NCBI RefSeq assembly: GCF_018350175.1
Contig: NC_058383.1
Span: 124,001 to 188,000, forward strand
Direction of reading: 5' to 3'
DNA length: 64,000 nt
Source of the DNA: Felis catus
Taxonomy: Eukaryota
Position 1 is the first letter of the stretch, and each line of letters begins with the position of its first letter. The notes under the pieces are model-generated. The model saw nothing but the letters and a program-made list of their open reading frames with translations. It was not told the DNA's origin and did not search any database. This document shows, piece by piece, positions 38,859 to 50,114 of this stretch. The position numbers were made by a program, and so were the translations under genes.

Positions 38859-40104
38859 TGTGTTCTTTTAGAGATCAATTTTCAGAGTTGCTATTGATTG
38901 ATTTTGGTACAATAATATGAAATAGAAACAAGAATTCCTTTCACTGGCTATTTGAAGATGTGTGTTCAGGTAACTTAAAAATCCCACAGATATTATCAAA
39001 ATATACAAGATCACCTGATTATGCAAATCTTTTTGTACCTCAGAAATCTGACATTTTGAGCTGTCAGAATCAAAGTGAACATTGAAAGAAAACATCAAAA
39101 ACTGAACCATAATGTGTAATTCCTCTTCTTGGAAAAATAATCACATATTATTATACTAGTTGCCTGTCTTTCTCAGATATATCTGTATCTGTAAACATCT
39201 TTCTCTTGAACAATCTCATTGTATCTCTAATACCTTTTGTGTTGTTACTTACTTCCATTCTTCCATGAGTTTTGGGCATAGTTTGAAGATATTCCAAAGG
39301 ATTTTCTCCAGGTACTTTGTGAATGTACAATAGAAGTCATTGACTTATCTACTATGAATTCGCATTTTCTTAATTTTTCTATTTTACATTGGCTTACAAA
39401 TTCTTACTATTAAAACACAGTTGCAATATGTTTGTCAGCAAAATAAAACTTCTCAGTGTTGCCTATTACATTTTTCCTACAGCTTCAGTGTCGTATACTT
39501 TGTATAGAATAACAATACCTTTTTAAAGAATACAATTCATTGATATTTGACACAGGTAACCAGCAATGAAACCATGGCCACAGTAAGATAGCAGACACAG
39601 TCATCACCCCCGTAAGTTTGTTCCTGCACCTTTGTAAGCCATCTGTCCTCTTGTTCCTCCATGAGGAGACATTTGAGATGTGTGCTTATTATCTTCCTGG
39701 GCACTGGTAGAGGGTTTATAAAGATGATTCTTTATGACAGATATATTGTAAACGTCTTTAAGATTCCTCATCATCTCCAATATCATTTCAGCCTGTCCAT
39801 ACTGGCCTGACCATTTCCCTCTTGGCTCTGATATGTTTGAAATTCTCTGGAAACATAACATTATTACTGCCTCCATGGGAACTTATGCTTGTCTAATTTA
39901 CCTCTGGTAATCTGTTTTTGCTGTGGGTATACTCAAGTACCTTTACATAGACTTGTAATCATAAGTAAGCAGAAAATTTTATAATAGCTGGACCTTTTAT
40001 ATGCACTTATATTACAAATTTCCCTCTAATACGTTCAATTTTCATTATCATTTAGACTAAATATGTTAAAATTTCTATAGAAATGTCTTCTCTGACCTAT
40101 ATGG

Positions 40105-40265
40105 ACTTTTTTTTTTTAATTCAACTATAATTAACATACAGTGCAATATCAGTTTCAGGTGTTCCATATGACTCAGTGCTTTCATGCATTTCTCGTGCTC
40201 ATCACAAGTGTACTCTTGATCTACTTCACCTCTTTCAGCCATCTCCCCACCCAACTCCCCTCAAA
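40105..40265 (-). mobile_element. L1 3' end fragment
   Basis: T-tract followed by ttaacatacagtgcaatatcagtttcaggtg, an antisense L1 3'UTR motif. Confidence 0.7.
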
Positions 40266-41029
40266 TCCGTGTGTTTTTGAGAAGGTTGTGGTTTAATCTC
40301 ATTTTTTTTTTGTCATTGTCCAGCTAAGAAATTTTTGTTCTTGATGTCTAGTTTGAGTCATTTGTGGTCTGAGAACATACTTCCTATGATTTCTATGATT
40401 TTGTTTACTTTGTTCATATCTTTCTGTGGCGTCTCAAGTGCCTGCTACAATTTTATAATGTCTTCAGGGAATGACTCTCGTCAAGGAAGCACTTTTTGCA
40501 CTTTCTGGAAACGTTTGTTTTCATTTCTGTTGTTGCTTGTATGTTTTCTCTAGCCATCTCCCACTTCCTTTCTGATTTGAAAACCTTTGTTGTTGGTGAT
40601 GTGGGAAAAATCATAGGATCTGATTTGACAGAATTGTTTGTCAGTTCAGGAAATAGCCAATTGCAGGAGACATTTCTCCGGTGTTTCTGGTAGCCAGAGG
40701 CATCTTTTAGTCCAAAGATTTTACCTTTACTTTTCTTTTGTCTGAATCTCTGAAATATTTGTGGTTCTGGACTTTATTATGGCTATTGGACTTGACAAAA
40801 AAGAATTGCAAGTAAATAGTGCATTGGTTATTAAAGTAAGTCCGCCATTTCCATTATTGAAGGTGAGTAGTTTGGTATCTGTTTCATAGAATGGAAACAG
40901 AGCTTTTGGTCAAAAATAAGATGTCTACATTAATTCTCTTCCATAGAAATGGTTGTTGAAATATCAGCAAGTAGAAAGGAAATTCTTTCTATAGGTAATT
41001 CTACTTCTAAGTTTTTAGTATCCTAGACC

Positions 41030-41366
41030 ATGGCTACACTAGGCACAGCGCCTCCTGTCTGCTGTTAACAACCATCTACCCATCTACCCAGTGCCTGGAT
41101 TTTGTTTTGTGTTGACCCAAACCCCAAACACTGTATATCTTCAAAATCCCCTTTCCCCCTCACATCCACAAGTTAATGTTCCTAGTTTCTTTGTCTTTTT
41201 GTACATACACTTCATGTTTGCAAGCCTTCTGATCTGAATAAATAGGGGGCAAGGACCCTTATTCAGAGCTCTTGTCCTTTTCCTGGACATTAGCCATCTC
41301 TCGTTTGAATCCTGCATCTGCTCTTTTGCTGGCCAAAAGAGAACTTTAGACTTAGAGTCTACGACA
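41030..41366 (+). mobile_element. ERV LTR 3' portion
   Basis: AATAAA at ~41237 followed by a U5-like tail ending in ...ctacgaCA. Confidence 0.5.
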
Positions 41367-41474
41367 CACCCCTATGTTTACTGCAGCGTTATTTACAATA
41401 GCCAAATTGTGGAAGCAGCCCAAGTGTCCATCCATAGATAAGTGGATGAAGAAGAGGTGATTAACACACACACG

Positions 41475-41519
<45 letters not shown>

Positions 41520-41900
41520 ATATTACTCAGCCAAAAAAGGAATGAAATATTTCCATGTGCAACAACACGGATTGATAGGATATAATGCTAAGTGAAAGAT
41601 AAATACCATATGATTTCACTCATATGTGGAATTTAAGAAACAGAACAAATGAGCAAAGGAGGAAAAAAGAGAGAGACAAACCAAGAAAGAGATTCCTAAC
41701 TTTAGAGAACAAAGTGATGGTTACCAGAGGGGAGGTGGGTGGGGGTATGGGAGAAATAGGTGATGGGGGTTAAAGAGTACACTTGCCAGGATGATCCCTG
41801 AGTAAAATACAGTATTGTTGAACCCCGATATGTGCACCCAAATCAAATATAACACTGTATGTTAACTATAGTAGAATTGCAACACTTACAAAAATAATTT
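41367..41900 (+). mobile_element. L1 3' fragment containing (CA)n(CG)n(CA)n
   Basis: L1 motifs ccctatgtttactgcagc..gcagcccaagtgtccatc and catatgatttcactcatatgtggaattt. Confidence 0.85.
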
Positions 41901-42109
41901 ATTTTGCTGAACCACCCTTTATTATAATATCACATTGGAATATGATTTTGACATTGTTGTCATGAGCTGTACTTTTATTAAAAAAAAACATTGTTTCTAC
42001 ATCAAATTTAATTTTCTTTATCCCTCTTCTAGGTAGAGTTGAGTATATGAAGGTAAGATTTCAGGCTTCTATTTTCCTTGTAATCTATTGTTTTTAAATC
42101 TCTTTTAGA

Positions 42110-42216
42110 AAGATTCAAAAGCCTGGTGCGGGGCTCGATCTCACAAACCATGAGATCACGACCTGAGCCACAATCAAGAGTTGGATGCTCAACCGACTGA
42201 GCCACCCAGGTGCCCC
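42110..42216 (-). mobile_element. Can-SINE 5' part
   Basis: ctcaaccgactgagccacccaggtgcccc. Confidence 0.85.
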
Positions 42217-43219
42217 TTAAACTTTTTTTTTAATACAGCTGTTCACTGTGGTTTCTCATTCAGCTAGAAGTAAAGACATTGACTTATCAGGTCTAGTTAG
42301 CCCCTTAACTCTTTACAGTGACTTTTCCTTGTTTGCATTCTAAGTGACAACACAGATTGAGTTGCCACCAACTGAGAGAGGTGACCAAGTAGAGGAAAAA
42401 ATCAGACAATTAGAAGTGGATGAGTTTAACTCTGGTCAGAAATGTTTAAGAATCCAGTGGCAGGAGTATTTTGGCATGACCTGCCTATGGGGGGAAATGT
42501 ACAGATTAAGGCACTATCTGAGCCTGTCAAGAAGTTCCAGGCTTAGAGGAGAGGCCAGATATTGCCAGGCCACGTGTGTGTCACTAGAGAGGTTTAAACA
42601 TGTGTTATAAGCCCTGGGTGGAGAGAGCTTCTAATGCTGGTGGAGAGTGAGTGGAAGTGAACAAGATGCCAAATGGGGCTAATGGATTGTGTATGGGCTT
42701 CAGGGACTGTGCTGATTAAGTGACCCAGCACATAGTGGGCCCTCAAATATTGGTGTTGCTATGAGGAATACATCACTGCTGGTATAGAGAAGGGTGGCCT
42801 CAGGGCAGCAGAGCTCTCACATTGTACAAATAGAAGGTAAGCTTGCAGCTTAGGACCAAACAATAGAATTCAATGCCTGTCAGAAGATTCTGGAGTACTG
42901 GGCCCTGTTCTAGGTGCTTTCCATGTGCTATCCACGTGTAAGGTGAGTGTTTCCTGCATGCATGGTGTTTACCAGTAATGCAGGTGGTAAGGTTTGCATC
43001 TTGGGCTTTCACCCTCTTGTGATTTGGGGACATTAGGAGTTATCCAGGGTTCTAGCTACTAAGTAGTAAACCTGAGATTTTACCCAAGTGTGTTTGATTC
43101 CAAGGCCACCTGAGCATCCCATGTTGGTTCCCATGGACAGGACCCTGTGGGGCAGCAGAAAGACATTGGAGGCCTCTGAGTGCCAAACAAGTGACATTTA
43201 GAATAATTTCTCTCTCAGT

Positions 43220-43676
43220 ATTTGTTTAAATGTTTATTTACTTATTTTGAGAGAGAGAGAGTGTGTGTGCATGAGTTGTGGAGGGGCAGAGAGAGAAGGA
43301 GAGAGAGAATCTCAAGCAGCCTCCATGCTTTCAGTATAGAGCCTCACATAGGGCTCAATCTCACCGACTGTAAGATCATGACCTGGACAAAATCAACTGA
43401 TCACACATCCAGGAGCCTGACTCTCTTGTTACAGTTTTTGTTATTGTTATTTTTATTGTTATTTATTTATGTATCCATTTATTTAAAAGATTTACTTATT
43501 TTTGAGAGGGAGTGAGGGTGCAAGTGAGGAGGGGGCAGAGGGAGAGGAGGACAGAAGATCCGACGCAGGCTCTGTGTTGACAGCAGCGAGCCTGATATGG
43601 GCTGGAACTGGTGAGCTGTAAGTTGATGACCTGTACTGAAGTTGGATCTCAACTGACAGAGCCACCCAGGTGTCCC
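43220..43676 (-). mobile_element. Two adjacent antisense Can-SINEs
   Basis: Two T-tail/(GA)n bodies at ~43220-43400 and ~43480-43676. Confidence 0.82.
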
Positions 43677-43917
43677 TTTCTTTATTTTTATAGTGTGAGT
43701 GAAAGTGGGGGAAAACCTGGAAGAAATTAGGTACGTTATTTTTTCTTTTTGACTTTTGTCTTTAAAGTAATTGCACTGATTTGCTTATTCGATCATGAAA
43801 GGCAGAATATAAGTATGTAGGATACTTGATTTTCCTCCATTTCTCCTCTGGTGATGTCAAAGAAATTTGAACTGTTCATATATTCTAAGAATAATCTTGC
43901 TTAATGATGGCATATTA

Positions 43918-44140
43918 GGGGACACCTGCGTGGCTCAGTCGGTTGTGTCTCTGACTTTTGATTTTGCGCAGGAAATGATTGCAGGGTCATGGGATCGAGC
44001 CCTGCCTTGGACTCTGCGCTGAGTCTGAAGTATGCTTAAGATTCTCTCTCTCTCCCTACCCTTCACCCACTCATGTGTTATCTCTCTCTGAAAGAAAAAA
44101 AAAGAGAGAGAGAAGAGAAAGAGAGAAAGAAAAATAAAAT
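43918..44140 (+). mobile_element. Can-SINE
   Basis: ggggacacctgcgtggctcagtcgg head, CT tract and A/GA tail. Confidence 0.88.
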
Positions 44141-44756
44141 GCCACTAAATAAAATTTGCTTTCTACAGGGACCACAGTAATGCCAAAATGTTATATGTAA
44201 ACAAAGTGCCAGATCATGTGCCTTTCTGTTGACACGATGGGTAATTTGATCTTGCTGGTTTTGGTAATAACCTTAAGAGATTGCTTTTTCCTCTTTTTGG
44301 TTAATTTAGATCAAATTTCTGAGAAGATTAACTACTACATGAAGGAAAATATAAAACGTGCAGAAAAAAATATCCATTTGTGAACAGCAGGTAAAACCAT
44401 CTCCCCCTTTTTTTTCATTTTCATTATTTCATCTGGAATTGTGTTCACTTATGGTTCACTGATTTTGAAATCTCCTTTTTTATCCTGATGTCCCATTTCA
44501 TTCCATTCTCTACCAGGATAAATTCAAAGCAATCATCACATATGTAAAATACCACATCCTTTATTTATGTAATGACTTACCCATAAGAGATAGATTTTTA
44601 TGTCAGTGTAATTAATATTTTTGAATTCTGAATCCTTTATTACTTATTTGTGTAGATCAATGGAGCAAAGACATTATGCTCAAGAAACCATGTGGCAAAA
44701 TAACCTTCCCTCTTATGAAGTACATAGATGTAGGATAAAAATCCCTTCTTTGTCCT

Positions 44757-44955
44757 GGGGCGCCTGGGTGGCCCAGTTGGTTAACCATCCAACTCTTAGT
44801 TTCAGCTCGGGTCATGATCTCATGGTTTGTGAGGTTGAGCCCTGCATCAGGCTCCATGCTGATGGTGGGGAGCCTGCTTGGGATTCTCTCCCTGTGTCTC
44901 TGTCTGCCCTTCCCCTGCTTGCTCGCTCTGTCTCTCAAAAAATAAATTTAAAAAA
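44757..44955 (+). mobile_element. Can-SINE
   Basis: ggggcgcctgggtggcccag head, with TSD aaaatc(c/a)cttctttgtcct on both sides. Confidence 0.92.
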
Positions 44956-47900
44956 GTATTAAAATCACTTCTTTGTCCTTTAAAAATAGAAGTAAAAGTA
45001 AGGAGTAAGTATTCCTGATGACTATGTGTTTTGTTGAAGAATAACCGTGAGACACTTGGGCGCACTAATGAATTTTTTAACAACATCATTCCAAGTGCAC
45101 ATGCTTCGTTGCCATCTGAAAGAAATCAGAATGTCAAGAATCGGGGCTTCTTGAGTTACATAATTTGATATTTGAGCCCTTTTGGTCATTGGGTGAATTG
45201 AGCCCCTCAACCTTCCATGTTGTTCACTGCTATTTCAAGCAGTAACACCACAGTACCTCTTTTAGGTAGGAGTGAGGCAGAATTTGTTTTCATAACCCTG
45301 GCTTAAGTTTTATATCATTCAGTGTTGCCAGAGAGAGCACTAGAGGTTTCTCACCATGTTGAACAGTTGTGTTCCTCTTAATTCAGAGAATTTTGAAAGT
45401 GATCTGGTGACAGTATTACTCTTCCATAAAGAAAAGTCATTCATTGGAGCTGTTTGGTTTGAAAGATTTTACACTTTCTTCACTTTTTCATTGTCATCCA
45501 GTCACAGATCCATTGTCTTGAAACCAAGATAGTTGCTCTGAAATACTGACACCTTCCTCCATTCTCTTCACATTTATTTCTTTATGTGTCTGGCTTTTCT
45601 CTTTGGCCCAAACTGGATCGGCTGTTTTTAATGATACAGGGACTAACTGTGGGGTATGTTCTATTGACAATGCTTCTTTGTGACACATTGTCCAGTATTT
45701 GTTTGGAAAGCCTAGTACACGTTTTGTTTCTATCTTACTTGCAAATCAGGGAAAGGAAAAATCTACAAAGAACTGGAAAGGTGCTATTTTAGTAAACATT
45801 TGAGAAGTTTCAGACGTAAATTGCCTCTATTTCCTGCAGGATATCTATTGTACACTTTAGCTTTGAAGAAAAACAAATCTTTATGTCTTAGAATATTCGA
45901 TTTACATGTTATCAACTGAGTGATCCTCTTCTTGGGAAGAAGTCACTAAAGAGAATGTTTTGCTCAGGTTCACCTATCCCTTAATGAAGTTGATACCAAC
46001 GGAGTGAAATCAAAGTCTGAAAAACAGACTCTCATTCAATTTCATGAAACTATGCGTGTAATGCCTGAGGCTGGGAGATTGGCAATTCCTGTTTCAAAAG
46101 ATACAACAAAGACCCCTGTGTTTTTTCTATTAAAATTCAGGTCCTACTTTACAAAGAAGGAAAGATAAATATGAAAATGTGTACATTCAGGGATCTACAT
46201 CTAAGATCTGCAGATAATCCTCTTCCATTACAGTTAGACACACAAATGCAGCCACACAAATGTGTGCTCATCCAAGGCCACAGATGTATTGTAGAAGACA
46301 AATGCATAGAGGAGAACAGAAGATCCATTTGCAATAATTCAAAATCACTTTGACATAGAGGGCAATCCGTTTGAAATTTGAAGAGGACACTGAACCATTA
46401 CAAACCAGCTGTGGTTATTATATATTTAGAGATGGTGTCTAATCTGCCCCTTGGTCTGAATGCTTTCCCTGCCCACACTGTCCACTCCAGTTTGTCCTTC
46501 CTAATGTCCCCTAATACACTTGTCACAGTTGTGTTTCTGTGTCAGCGTCTGCTTCCAGGAAGTTCGACATTCAACCCCATCAAGTGTATACTTTGGTGTT
46601 CCTGAATATGTAGTTAACCAACACATCGTATGTACAGGATTGGTGGAAGAAGACAGATCATTCTTTGGGGTTGTATTGCCTGGAAGGAACCTATAGTTCC
46701 ATCTGAGGAGTCGGATACATCCTTTAGGGAGCTCTGGTGGTGGTGGTTAATTCTGTAGATAGATACTATGAGCACACGGCGCGCATGCTAGTTGATGGGG
46801 TTTGTGCTGATGAGCAGGGCAGGTATCTGTCTCCAGGAAAGAATCTATTTTGATGGCGAGGAATGGATTCAGGAGACCAGTAAGGTGGCCCTTCATTAAT
46901 TCAGCTCTTGTCCCCTTGTGCACTTTACCAGCTGCCCTCAGCACCAATCCAGGTGGCCTCCAAGGGGGCAAATGGCACAATTTTTGTGGTGAGTCACATG
47001 ATGTCCTACAAAGTTTTCCCTGTTGCCTTATTGAGGGATGGGGAGGGCAGAGGTCTATGGTCTGAGATAGATTCCTTCGACACCACCCAGGAGAGTTGTG
47101 TGTAAGCCTATGGCTCCTTCTACATCGGCCAATCCAATCCACTTTGCCCTAGGGACTCTGAACCTGTGGGCCCCCTTTTCCTCCCAGCTTAGGGAAGCAT
47201 CCAGCTCTCTAGCAGGTTTTGGATCATGGCTGGGCCACCATGGGTAAATGTCTGGCTGTCCACATGCTGCCAGCATTGCTATAGCAAATGTCAATGTGAG
47301 CAACTGCTGTACAGGGGATTCTACTTCATTGTGATCGGGGCCTGGGACAAAACATGACAGGAGAAAGGGAGAGACAGGAGGGCCCTGTGCTCCTTGACAG
47401 GGCTGCATGCACATAGTAGATATCCTGAAGCCTGGGGAGAGGTGGAGAAAGAGGCAGGCAGGGAGAGACACTGGATGAGTGATAGGGGATTTGGGCAAGT
47501 TCTAGACAGTGAAAGGAAGAAACAGAGAGAGAATTAGAGAGAAATAGAGACAAAGAGGAAGTAAAGGGAGGAAAGTAGAGACCTGGTCCAGGAATGTGGA
47601 TGGGGTGAGATGGGCCAGGGGGGAGGGGATGTACGAAGTGGCTCTGAGTGCTGGGGCAGAAATGGCTGATATCATGGGCATCAGAGTTCCGTGACTCCAA
47701 GACTCTAACATCCCTGGGGCCAAGCTTTACAGAAGCCATTGCATTTGAAAAGGTGGGTATCCCTCATTTCTCCTGGAATTGTGAGGCTCATCCTCATGTT
47801 CTGTCAAGGAGAGGGATGTCTTGAGGGAGAGTGTGCTGCTCTTTGGCAGGTAAATTCCAGAGCCTTCCCTGTGGGGAGGTGACCTGGAGCCATCTCCCTC

Positions 47901-48544
47901 ACTGCCCCAGGCCCTGTTGGATTTCCCTCCTGACCCCCACCAGCTGGCCTTCCTCTTGTTCTGAACCGAGACATCAGTCATTGTATTGCCCCCAGGTCCT
48001 GCAGTCTGGACCTGGCAGAATTGGACTGATGATATTGATAAAAAGTATTTGACAATAAGGTCCGTATTCTCCCTCTGGAACTAGCAATGTGCTAGTTCTT
48101 GGAACCCACAAGATCGTGGGTTGCTATCCTCCAGTCCTCTGCCAAACTGAGGATGCCAGATGGTAGGTGAACCCTTTAAAACCATCGTCTTCTCTTACAT
48201 CAAATTCAAAGACATTTTCTTCTCCCAGCTTTCTTTTAATTCTGAAGAGATGACAATTAGTAACTGAAGGCATAATGGTCCTATAGGAATTTGACCTATA
48301 TGACCAATGGACATTATTTCACCCATCTGTATCCATAAAGCACATTTCATTGGAAATATTAGCCAAGGATACATACAGTAAATTCATAACAGATGTGTAG
48401 CTCCTTGTAAGTTGTATTCTGACCTTGTCACATATGTGTCATCAAAGATATTAGTGACTTTTTAGATAAGCTCTCAACATCAAGATGGTTATGTTAGACA
48501 CTCTGCAATAAATGGAATTTCACAGATTCTAAATTAGGAATGCT

Positions 48545-48757
48545 TTTTTTTTTCATTTATAATGTTTCTTTCTTTGTTTTTTTGAGAGACCCTGAACAGG
48601 GAAGGTGGGGAGAGAGCAGGAGACACTGAATCTGAGGCAGGCTCCAGGTTCTGAGCTGTCAGGACAGAACCTGATTCAGGGCTCAAACTCATGGACTGCA
48701 AGATCATGACCTGAGTGGAAGTTGGATGCTTAACTGACTAAGCCACCCAAGCGCCCC
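48545..48757 (-). mobile_element. Can-SINE
   Basis: Antisense SINE with TSD aggaatg. Confidence 0.88.
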
Positions 48758-50114
48758 AGGAATGATAGTTTATTAAGAAGGAAGAAATTAAAGATAGCAT
48801 AAATGAATGTCGACTTTTAATTGAAGTATTCACACATTTGTTGTATTAGTTTCAGGCATACATTGTAGTCATTCTATATGTCTATAAATTATGTTGTACT
48901 TAAGCACAAGTGTAGATATCATGTGGAAGCATGCAACAGTATTATTACAGGACTGACTCTATTCCATTGGCTATCCCTTGTATCCCTAGGACTCATTCAT
49001 TCCACAGCTGGAAGCAGTTATCTCTCTCTCAAAGGTGTCAATCCTTTATCTAACCTAAACACTTCGGTGGTAAACACAATTACCTCTTGTTCAGCATGTG
49101 TAAATTGGCGGTCTATTTTCTTGTGAACATTGCTTAAAGCATTACAAATGATGTCATTATGTTAATAAATTCGGTTTCATTCTTCACTCACAAGAAGGGG
49201 GAAGGAAAAGATTTCTTTGTGTCCTAGGCCCTGTCACTAAGACCCTTCCCAGTGTAGAGAACAGGCTTAGGTTGCCCAGAGCACCTTCAGTCCCTCAGCT
49301 GAGCCACCAGGGCTTTCAACATTGCAGGAATTCCCATGGTGGCCAGCAGAGAGAGCTCGAGCACCACACACCCAGAGGGGCGGGTTCCTCTGCATGGGCA
49401 GTGATGGCCAGCAGAGGGCCCACCAACGGCTTTTCTGACCCAGGGCACTTCAGAGCAGGAAGGGTTGCTGTTGCTCCCAGAGGACACAGGTCCTCTGCCG
49501 CTGCCTCAGGACAGAGAGCAGAGCTGCGTTTCCAGCGCGTTCTGCCGCCCACCCCAGGGGAGACCTTGGGAGTTTTGCAGCAACTTGGCATCTCCTGAGT
49601 CACCAGAGAGAAGCTGCCTTGTACTGAGTGCCAAGGAGGGGGCGCTGGGTGGCTTCCCTGGGAAAGCTGGTTGCTGAGCAACACAGGCCCTTGCATTTTC
49701 TGGGCTGTCCCCATGTTTTATTCCTCCCCTTCCCAGACAGTATCTGAACAAGACGTATTTTACTAAAGGACTCATGGATTGCGGGGTCCCAGGACATCAC
49801 CTCATAGATGCAGTCGATGGTTTGTTCCAGATTCAGGCTTGTTTCCAGGAAGAAACCCTGACAGAAATTCAGAAGAACGGGAGCTGCATTCAGTTAGGAT
49901 GTGAATACATGAAATGCTCATCTCAAGACCTTCTAGAAGAATGAGCTGGGACCCACTTTCTGAGTCCTGCTGGAACCAGAGACCGAGGTAAGGGCACAAA
50001 CTGTCCCCCACATCATACATGCTTTTTAAACAATTTCATGGTTATTTTTCCAACCTAGTGAAGTGATTGAAAACTACAGAAAACCTGGTAGGTAGCTGTC
50101 ATTAACCTTATGTT

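Larger units (their letters stand above)
42033..48059 (+). other. Candidate degenerate multi-exon gene or spliced lncRNA (unassigned mini-exons)
   Basis: About nine AG..GT-bounded segments of 20-81 nt in non-repeat DNA, mostly with consensus-like donors. No homolog recognised. Confidence 0.3.

Noticed and set aside
44169..44390. Cyclic-nucleotide-binding-domain-like peptide (TKCQIMCLSVDTMDQI)
   Set aside because: A short resemblance to HCN-type TYCRLYSLSVD only, flanked by stops; not enough to name a family without a search.
46747..47981. Minus-strand ORFs of 131-147 aa as a gene
   Set aside because: They run through a low-complexity CT-rich tract with no recognisable domain, and the better splice donors are on the + strand.
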